From: an uncultured Saprospiraceae bacterium
Lineage (GTDB): Bacteria; Bacteroidota; Bacteroidia; Chitinophagales; Saprospiraceae
Assembly: GCA_964644655.1 (NCBI GenBank)
Contig: CAZXYA010000002.1
Span: forward strand, 1-55,508
Length of the DNA: 55,508 bases
Direction: 5' to 3'
The notes under the pieces were generated by a model, which was not told the origin of the DNA, searched no databases, and was given only the letters and a program-made list of their open reading frames with translations. Made by a program: the position numbers and the translations under genes. Shown in pieces: positions 48,213 to 55,508 of this stretch (its first letter is position 1; the number at the start of each line of letters is the position of its first letter).

Positions 48213-49682
48213 ATGTTATTTAATTCTATAGAGTTTGCATTTTTTTTACCAATTATTTTTGCACTATACTGGGCACTAAATCGGCATAAACTCCAAAATC
48301 AAAACATTTTACTATTAATTGCCAGTTATATTTTTTATGGCTGGTGGGATTGGCGTTTTCTTTTTCTCATTCTATTTAGTTCTATTCTCGATTTTTCTAT
48401 TGGTCTAGAATTAAGTAAAGCAAAAAGTCAAAAAAAACGGAAAATATTAGTACTTTTTAGTCTATTTGTAAATCTTGGTTTTTTAGGTTTTTTCAAGTAT
48501 TATAATTTTTTTGTGGAAAGCTTTGCAAATGCTTTTACGCTTTTAGGGCAAGAATTAAACCCTGATAGATTAAATATTATTCTTCCAGTAGGAATCAGTT
48601 TTTACACCTTTCAAACCCTTAGCTATACAATAGACGTATATAGAAACAAATTAAAACCTACTTCAGACCCTATCGCTTTTTTTGCATTTGTAAGTTTCTT
48701 TCCACAACTAGTAGCAGGGCCAATTGAACGAGCAAGTAACTTATTACCGCAATTCTATCGCAAAAGAACTTTTGACTATACTTATGCAGTAGATGGAACA
48801 AGACAAATTCTATGGGGGCTATTCAAAAAAATTGTAATTGCTGACAACTGTGCTTTTTTTGCAAATGAAATTTTCACTAATTATTCAGCCTATTCTGGTA
48901 GTACATTATTAATAGGTGCTATTCTTTTTGCCTTTCAAATTTATGGGGATTTTTCAGGTTATTCGGATATCGCCATCGGAACGTCTCGCCTTTTTGGATT
49001 CAATCTGAAGAAAAATTTTGCTTTTCCTTATTTCTCTAGAGACATTGCCGAATTTTGGAGGCGTTGGCATATCTCCTTATCAACTTGGTTTAGAGATTAC
49101 CTATATATCCCCTTAGGAGGAAGTCGTGGTGGTTTGTGGATAAAAATAAGAAATACCTTTATTATCTTCTTGGTAAGTGGATTTTGGCATGGAGCAAATT
49201 GGACTTTTATTGTTTGGGGGTTTATAAACGCATGCTATTTCCTCCCGCTCTTAATATTGAAACAAAATAGAAACAATCTAAATACAGTAGCAGAAAATAA
49301 AAAACTTCCTAATATAAAAGAGTTTTTCCAAATGGGGATCACTTTTTTCATGACCGTCATTGCATGGATATTTTTTAGAGCAGAAAATTTAACTGTCGCT
49401 GTCGAATACATTGATTCACTATTTTCTTCTTCACTTTTTCAAATATCCTTAATAGAATTAGAAAGACTTAGCTTTAATTCTCCAACTAGTTTAAAATATT
49501 TCGGATGGCTTATGCTGTTATTTATTATTGTAGAATGGTTGCAAAGGGAAAAAGAGCATGGCTTAGAATTAGATAATATAAAGACGTCTAAAGTATTTCG
49601 GTGGAGTATTTATTATGGTTTTGCCCTTATGATTTTTTGGTTTGGAAGCAACCAACAAGAATTCATTTACTTTCAATTCTAG
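48213..49682 (+). CDS. MBOAT family O-acyltransferase (AlgI/DltB-like)
   Basis: 489 aa polytopic. FWRRWHISLSTWFRDYLYIPLGGSR and SGFWHGANW (catalytic His) are MBOAT hallmarks. Confidence 0.85.
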   Translation: MLFNSIEFAFFLPIIFALYWALNRHKLQNQNILLLIASYIFYGWWDWRFLFLILFSSILDFSIGLELSKAKSQKKRKILVLFSLFVNLGFLGFFKYYNFFVESFANAFTLLGQELNPDRLNIILPVGISFYTFQTLSYTIDVYRNKLKPTSDPIAFFAFVSFFPQLVAGPIERASNLLPQFYRKRTFDYTYAVDGTRQILWGLFKKIVIADNCAFFANEIFTNYSAYSGSTLLIGAILFAFQIYGDFSGYSDIAIGTSRLFGFNLKKNFAFPYFSRDIAEFWRRWHISLSTWFRDYLYIPLGGSRGGLWIKIRNTFIIFLVSGFWHGANWTFIVWGFINACYFLPLLILKQNRNNLNTVAENKKLPNIKEFFQMGITFFMTVIAWIFFRAENLTVAVEYIDSLFSSSLFQISLIELERLSFNSPTSLKYFGWLMLLFIIVEWLQREKEHGLELDNIKTSKVFRWSIYYGFALMIFWFGSNQQEFIYFQF

Positions 49683-49994
49683 TGCTAATCTAATATGAAG
49701 AAAGATTTACTTCAAGTTTCGGGTAAATGGAATTTAATAAAATAAAAGTATTTTGAAATATTATTTTGTTTTAGCATTAAATTATCACGCAAAACAAAAT
49801 CTTTGATGGGCATCTATTTTTTTGATTAATAACTATCTGAAATCGGTTTCAAATATTTTAATGTGAATCTATTCAAAAAAATCAGTTTTTTAATAAAATT
49901 CTGTTTTAACCTTATTTAATAGGTTTTACAGAATAAAATTTTGTTATAATTTATTTTTATTAAAATGGTTTACCCGAAACATGAAATTTACTAT

Positions 49995-50906
49995 ATGAAA
50001 ACTTATCTTAAAAACATCACGCTATTCATTCTTCCAATTATCTGCTATCTATTTATTGTTTCTTTTGTTGACCCGTTCAATATTTTTGACGATTTCAAGC
50101 AATCTAAGTGGGATAAGTTAAAAAAAGAAGTTGCTGGTAAAATTAATTATCCATTATACAAATTAGTCGAATTCCAACGCCAACCTACTAATATCATCAT
50201 TTTAGGAGATAGTAGAGCAGATAAACTCAATAGTAATTACATAAAAAAATTAACAGGACAAGAAACAGCAAATCTTTCCTATGGTGGAGGCACATTACAG
50301 GAAATTATCCATACCTTTTGGGAAGCAAATCATCTGTCCTCTTTAAAACAAGTATTCATTGGTATTAATTTCAACTTATACAATGACACTAACAAAAGAG
50401 ATCGAGTAGAAGAAGCTATCATATTAAAAAATTCCTATATCAGGTATTTATTTAGTTCCTACTGTTTAAAATCTACTTTCTTAATTTTAAAGGCTTCATT
50501 ATTCAATAAAAAACCAAATATTGAAAAGCCACCTATGAATAAAGAAGCATTTTGGAAATATCAATTAGAATTTTCCGTCAAAAATTTTTATGCAAAATAT
50601 ATTTATCCTAAAGATTATTATCAAGAATTATCAAGAATTTCTGAATATTGTACTGCAAATGGTATTAAATTAAAATTTTTTATACCACCTACCCACATTG
50701 ATTTACAAAACAAAATAAAAGACTTTAATTTAGAAAAAGAAGAAATCCGATTCAAATCTGATTTAAAAAAACTAGGTGAAGTAATTGATTTTGACTTTCC
50801 AAATGAAATCACTTTAATAAAACGTAATTTTACAGATCCTTTTCATTTCAATGACACTATTAGCAAGATTGTTTCGGATAGTATATTCATTAATAATGCA
50901 AATTAA
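49995..50906 (+). CDS. Membrane-anchored SGNH/DltD-like partner of the MBOAT (putative)
   Basis: The track ORF starts at 49965. The ATG at 49995 gives MKTYLKNITLFILPIICYLFIVSF (TM anchor). IIILGDSRADKL resembles SGNH block I and SYGGG resembles block II. Position after the MBOAT mirrors AlgI-AlgJ/X and DltB-DltD pairs. Confidence 0.4.
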   Translation: MKTYLKNITLFILPIICYLFIVSFVDPFNIFDDFKQSKWDKLKKEVAGKINYPLYKLVEFQRQPTNIIILGDSRADKLNSNYIKKLTGQETANLSYGGGTLQEIIHTFWEANHLSSLKQVFIGINFNLYNDTNKRDRVEEAIILKNSYIRYLFSSYCLKSTFLILKASLFNKKPNIEKPPMNKEAFWKYQLEFSVKNFYAKYIYPKDYYQELSRISEYCTANGIKLKFFIPPTHIDLQNKIKDFNLEKEEIRFKSDLKKLGEVIDFDFPNEITLIKRNFTDPFHFNDTISKIVSDSIFINNAN

Positions 50907-51125
50907 TTTGTGAGACCATTCCTACGCAAAAAATCTCTTTAATTATTTGCTCTATTATTCCTAAATCAGTTCTCAACACATATCCTAACCTATTAATTCA
51001 AGTTGCGGGCAATTTTAAAGAGAATGCAAATGTGTTAATTTTGGTGCATTTTACTTGTTTTGTCGTATCACCAGCTCCAAAATTGCCTTGTGACCTTTCA
51101 TTATCCACAACTTAGGTTAATTAGG

Positions 51126-53678
51126 CTATTTTTTCCTACCCTTTTTATTCTTCCTATTTCGAGTCGTTGGTTTAAGTGGTTTATTTTTAGTCTTAGAATT
51201 AACATTGGTCTTCAGAGGAACAGTAATTAGTCCATTCTTAAAATCTTTGTAAAATTTATACAAGTTAAATCCAATAAAACCTAAAAATAGTAAGATAATA
51301 AACCAAGAAGAACCCAACGAAATATTATTTCCAATACGATAGGAAATAGGTTCAAATTTAAATTTAATCTCATGCTGTCCTGCCGGTATTTTCATTGCTC
51401 GTAGCACATAATTAGCTCGAAAATGCTCTACCTTTTCCCCATCAATATAAGCATTCCATCCTTTATCAGGTCCATACCAGATTTCAGAAAATACAGCTAA
51501 TTGATCAGCATTATTACTTGATTGATAAGTTAAATGATGTGGTTTGTAATCAGTTAGCACAATGTTTCCGTTTTTTTGGAAACTGCCACCATTAAGTGCT
51601 TCACCAAATTCTTCTTTTAGCACAAAAGCTGTAGTACTAGGATTAAAATCAGTTAATGCCTCTATCTCTTCATTGGGAGTATTCACAAATGTAACATTCT
51701 CTACAAACCAAGCATTTCCTAATGCTTGTTGATTAGTCTGTACTTGTCCCTCCCTATTAACAATATATTTTGTGTTAAGCATATTTAAAACGCCCAAATT
51801 TCCCTTACTAATGTAACGGTCAATAATATCTTGATATCGTTGAAGCTTGGCAGGATGATAGCCACCAATAGTATTGTGATAATGAGAAGCAGTATTGGAT
51901 TGAAAGGTATTGATTGATAAATCATAAACTCGATAGAAACCCCTTCCTTTAGGTTCCAAATTCATTATTTGTTGATCAACAGGTCGAGGTGAAAAGTTTT
52001 GTTCAAAATTCGTTTTAACACTAAAACTATCCTGATCCAAATATCTTCTTCCAACTCCCCATAAATCAATAAGTGACAATAAACCAATACTAAAAATTAA
52101 AATATTTTTATTGATTTTTTCCTTCAGAAATGCCCATATTAGACCAGCACTCAATAGTATAAAACCTAATGATCTGAAAGCATCACTTTGAAATAAGGAT
52201 TTTCTATCGGCTATAATCGATTCTACTAATCCAGATTGTGCATACCTCGCATCACCAGCGGCTGTAAAATCAAAGAAAGATGTCCCTAATAAACCGAAAA
52301 TTAATAAAATACCCCCTGTAATTAGACTAGTTATTTTTAAGCTATTTAGAGCAGTTTCAGATTTAACTTCTTTGGCTATCACTTTTGATAAACCTATAAT
52401 TGCTAAAATAGATGTAAATAAAGCGGTAACTCCTAATATAGAAGATGGCGCTCTAAATTTATTTAATAAAGGCAAGTAGTCAAACAAAAATTTATTGAAC
52501 CCATTAAAATTATCCCCCATTGACATGAAGGTAGTCAATAGTGCAGCTAATCCTAAAAACCATTTTAAAGAACCTTTTACTACAAAAAGGCCGTAGATGA
52601 ATAAAAAGAATAATACTGCTCCAAAGTAGGTAGGCCCCTCTGTAAACGGCAATGCTCCCCAATAAAGTGGTGCATGTTGAGTAGTACTTCCCCGTTGTCT
52701 AACAGCTTTAGCAAACGCAGAAGATTGACTAATCTTTTCACTTGAGCCTCCACCAGCAGCTCTAGGTATAATAATTGATAACAAATCAACAAATCCATTA
52801 CTCCATTGCGCTGCATACCCCCATTCTAAACCATCTACCTCACTACTACTTGTTCCGGCCACATTAGTGGCTGTAGATGCAGCTGTTAGAATCGGCTTCC
52901 CCCTCATAGTATCTTCACTATATTCATAAGTAGTTATAAGAGAAGCTGCAGAACCTGCTATTGCTAACACCAGTCCAGCAGAGAGAATACTACCTATAAT
53001 TAATAAATTTTTCCATTCTTTTTTCTTTAAAAATTCATAAGTCTTGATAAATACATAAATTAATAAGCCCAATCCTAAATAGTAAGTCATCTGAGGATGA
53101 TTAGAATAAGTGTTCAAACTCATCGCAGTAGTAAAAACAATCCCACCTAAAAGGTAATTTTTATTAAAAGTTAATATGACTCCTGCTAAAACCAATGGCC
53201 CGTAGGCAAGTGTCCACAATTTTGTATTATGAGCAGCCTCTAACAAAACAAAATTATTTGTAATAAAAGCAAATGAAATTGCTCCTAATAAAGATAACCA
53301 AACATCAATACCCAGTAAAATACAAGCGATATAAAATGAAACCATTATCATATTAAATATACCTATAGAACCCGTAAAGTATAAATTAAATAAATGATGT
53401 AAGTTGTCCATTATTTTTCTACTAGAAGGAGCAAAAGACAACTGATAAGCTGGCATACCACCAAAAATAGCATTCGTCCAAAGAATTGGATCGTCTGTTT
53501 GACTACGGTAAGTAGTTAGTTCATTCGCAACATTAATATTCGCTATTTGATCTCCACCACCCTCCTGACCTAATATTTTTCCGTTTAACTCTGGATAAAA
53601 ATAGATGCAATTAATAAGAATTATTGCGAGAAGTGCTATCAAATGTGGAAATGCTTTCTTAAATAAAATCTGACCCAT
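51126..53678 (-). CDS. YfhO-like GT-C fold membrane glycosyltransferase family protein
   Basis: 850 aa, many TM helices. The N-terminal YFYPELNGK...WTNAIFGGMPAYQLSF pattern recalls Bacteroidota YfhO family proteins. It has a large extracytoplasmic C-domain, a final TM helix and a polybasic tail. Confidence 0.55.
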   Translation of the reverse strand: MGQILFKKAFPHLIALLAIILINCIYFYPELNGKILGQEGGGDQIANINVANELTTYRSQTDDPILWTNAIFGGMPAYQLSFAPSSRKIMDNLHHLFNLYFTGSIGIFNMIMVSFYIACILLGIDVWLSLLGAISFAFITNNFVLLEAAHNTKLWTLAYGPLVLAGVILTFNKNYLLGGIVFTTAMSLNTYSNHPQMTYYLGLGLLIYVFIKTYEFLKKKEWKNLLIIGSILSAGLVLAIAGSAASLITTYEYSEDTMRGKPILTAASTATNVAGTSSSEVDGLEWGYAAQWSNGFVDLLSIIIPRAAGGGSSEKISQSSAFAKAVRQRGSTTQHAPLYWGALPFTEGPTYFGAVLFFLFIYGLFVVKGSLKWFLGLAALLTTFMSMGDNFNGFNKFLFDYLPLLNKFRAPSSILGVTALFTSILAIIGLSKVIAKEVKSETALNSLKITSLITGGILLIFGLLGTSFFDFTAAGDARYAQSGLVESIIADRKSLFQSDAFRSLGFILLSAGLIWAFLKEKINKNILIFSIGLLSLIDLWGVGRRYLDQDSFSVKTNFEQNFSPRPVDQQIMNLEPKGRGFYRVYDLSINTFQSNTASHYHNTIGGYHPAKLQRYQDIIDRYISKGNLGVLNMLNTKYIVNREGQVQTNQQALGNAWFVENVTFVNTPNEEIEALTDFNPSTTAFVLKEEFGEALNGGSFQKNGNIVLTDYKPHHLTYQSSNNADQLAVFSEIWYGPDKGWNAYIDGEKVEHFRANYVLRAMKIPAGQHEIKFKFEPISYRIGNNISLGSSWFIILLFLGFIGFNLYKFYKDFKNGLITVPLKTNVNSKTKNKPLKPTTRNRKNKKGRKK

Positions 53679-53850
53679 TGAATTGGTATTTGTCTATAAT
53701 GAGGTATAAAATTTCGCCCAAAGATAATAGATTATTCTACTATATAAAGAGCTAACTTGATTAACTACAGCAATTTACGATAGGAAAGGTTAAAGGTTGG
53801 TTAATTGCTAAAACATTTTGGAAAAAGTCTAAAGCCAAATAGCATTTATC

Positions 53851-53887
53851 AAAAAAGGGGAATGATCATAAACCATTCCCCTTTTTT
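53851..53887 (-). terminator. Rho-independent terminator downstream of the S8 peptidase gene (bidirectional form)
   Basis: aaaaaaggggaatg-atcataaac-cattcccctttttt gives a 13-bp perfect stem flanked by A and T runs. It starts 19 nt beyond the stop at 53906. Confidence 0.8.
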
Positions 53888-53905
53888 AATAACAAAAATA
53901 AAGTG

Positions 53906-55318
53906 CTATATCTTTTGCGATATCATCTCTGCCAACTTCACCGCCTCATAAGCATTCAATATCCGTCCAGAAATACATAAATCGGTAAAAGGAACTAAAG
54001 TTGGTTCTGAACCTGGCGTCATCACCTTAAAATCTATCTTCGTTCCCGATTTCATAATAATTTGCTTGACTTGACTAGCAGATAATTTAGGATAATAGGA
54101 ACGAATTAATGCCACAACTCCAGCTACGGCAGGTGCAGCCATAGAGGTCCCTCCCATTCCTCTATATTTATCGCCAGGCACAGTAGACAAAATAGAAACA
54201 CCTGGGGCAAATATATCTACGTTTTTCTTTCCATAATTTGAAAAAGCGGCAGGTAAAGATTCATCATAATTATAGGTGTTTGCCCCCACAGAAATCATGT
54301 TATCTGCAATCTCTGCTCCATGATTAGGCGTATCATTAGGGAAATTGAAGGCAACATCAATATTAGCGCCATCATTCCCAGCAGCATGGACCACCACTAC
54401 ATCTTTTTCGGCAGCATATTTAATGGCATCGTACACCCAAGTAGCTTTTGGGGAATAACTTTTCCCAAAACTTGCATTGATTACTTTCGCGCCGTTATCT
54501 ACTGCGTATCGAATGCCCAATGCCACATCTTTATCATATTCATCTCCTTTGGGCACCACTCTAAGAGACATAATTTGCACATTATCTGCTATTCCATCTA
54601 TCCCTTTGTTATCTCTAGCAGCGCCAATTATACCTGCTACATGACTCCCATGTGCTTCACTAGAAACAACATTTTTCACTTTATTATCTCCATATACCTT
54701 GACCGATAGATCATAAGGATCAGGTTGACCTTCTCTTGCATTAAAATCAAGATCAAAATAGGGAGACCCCGTAGCACTTTCAGACACTTGTTTAGCTAAT
54801 TTTTTATACAATTTATAATCAGCTATTTGTTCTGGTGCAATTTCTTCTATTTTCTTATCGCCAAACCTTGTTTTAAACATGCGCACCATCCGAGTCATTT
54901 CTAGATTTTCATCATAAGTATCACCCAAGAAATTCCAACCATTAATATCATCTACGAACCCATTGCCATCATTATCTTTTCCATCTACAGGATCATCTAG
55001 ATTTGTCCATTTGACTGGTTTTAAGTCTTCATGATCAATATCTATTCCCGAATCAGTTACGGCAACAATAACCGTCGTGCTATTTTTGCCAGATAAAAAT
55101 TCGTAGGCTTTAGCTAAACTTATCCCCGGAATAGTATCAGTCGCTAGATCTGCATGTCCCCAAGTTTGCAACTGTACAGCCGTCAAACTATTTGATTTGG
55201 CAGGTAAATTTAAAGTAGGATTATTAATATCAGGTACGGCTAACTTTTTGGTTGTATTACAACTAAAAAGAAAACATAAACTCAAAGCCAATAAACAATA
55301 AACTCTTGAAAGATTCAT
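53906..55318 (-). CDS. S8 family (subtilisin-like) serine peptidase lipoprotein
   Basis: 470 aa. Lipobox LFSC. Catalytic triad contexts VAVTDSGIDIDHEDL, HGSHVAGIIGA and GGTSMAAPAVAGVVAL. Confidence 0.85.
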   Translation of the reverse strand: MNLSRVYCLLALSLCFLFSCNTTKKLAVPDINNPTLNLPAKSNSLTAVQLQTWGHADLATDTIPGISLAKAYEFLSGKNSTTVIVAVTDSGIDIDHEDLKPVKWTNLDDPVDGKDNDGNGFVDDINGWNFLGDTYDENLEMTRMVRMFKTRFGDKKIEEIAPEQIADYKLYKKLAKQVSESATGSPYFDLDFNAREGQPDPYDLSVKVYGDNKVKNVVSSEAHGSHVAGIIGAARDNKGIDGIADNVQIMSLRVVPKGDEYDKDVALGIRYAVDNGAKVINASFGKSYSPKATWVYDAIKYAAEKDVVVVHAAGNDGANIDVAFNFPNDTPNHGAEIADNMISVGANTYNYDESLPAAFSNYGKKNVDIFAPGVSILSTVPGDKYRGMGGTSMAAPAVAGVVALIRSYYPKLSASQVKQIIMKSGTKIDFKVMTPGSEPTLVPFTDLCISGRILNAYEAVKLAEMISQKI

Positions 55319-55508
55319 AGAATAATAAATTTGTCAAAATCAAAAAAAGAATGTGGAAAATACAGCTATTTAAAATAAAATAATGCATTATCTTGTAAAT
55401 TCCTTATTAATTATTCTCTATCGTACACTTTTTACTGAGTCACGCACTTCGCTACGCTTCGTGCGGAGAAAGGGACTTTTGGGGTGAACAATTTTTGATT
55501 TTTCGTTG

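Overview
AT-rich, Bacteroidota-type chromosomal segment, judged from a T9SS C-terminal sorting domain on a secreted lyase and from YfhO, CBM9/DUF5916, S9B and S8 gene content. The window has three parts.

(1) 1-16.9 kb holds mixed housekeeping and envelope genes. Recognisable products are a partial VWA protein, a thioredoxin-fold redox protein, a PL6 polysaccharide lyase, a GAF/fRMsr protein, a secreted PCTP-like START protein, MarR, DPP-IV, an ECF sigma factor, an orphan ClpP, a Dabb lipoprotein, an EamA-type membrane protein and a CBM9/DUF5916 protein. A phosphatidylcholine synthase sits divergently next to a symporter that resembles the eukaryotic high-affinity choline transporter.

(2) 17.1-50.9 kb is a roughly 34 kb, all plus-strand, visibly more AT-rich glycan (O-antigen or capsule-like) biosynthesis locus.
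- Enzyme content: WbpB-like dehydrogenase, L-2-hydroxyglutarate oxidase, UDP-GlcNAc 2-epimerase family enzyme, bi-domain oxidoreductase, MsbA/PglK-type ABC exporter, three SDR enzymes, DegT aminotransferase, two AsnB-type amidotransferases, two methyltransferases, metallophosphoesterase, ATP-grasp ligase, formyltransferase, three divergent paralogous GT-B glycosyltransferases, heparinase II/III-fold protein, GT4 and an MBOAT with an SGNH-like partner.
- No Wzx, Wzy, Wzz, Wza or priming phosphoglycosyltransferase is recognisable in the window.
- At 22.9-24.5 kb the locus is interrupted by a decayed IS4-family element with a 9-bp target duplication. That element carries a nested 161-bp MITE with an 8-bp target duplication.
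- The IS landed inside an approximately 194-bp segment bounded by inverted repeats, directly upstream of the ABC exporter gene. This segment is a candidate invertible or regulatory element.
- One SDR gene is frameshifted at an A11 tract.

(3) 51.1-55.3 kb holds a YfhO-like GT-C membrane protein and an S8 subtilisin-like lipoprotein, both on the minus strand.

No rRNA gene, tRNA gene or CRISPR array was seen. No recognisable defence system was found; the most unusual content is the glycan locus and its mobile and repeat architecture.
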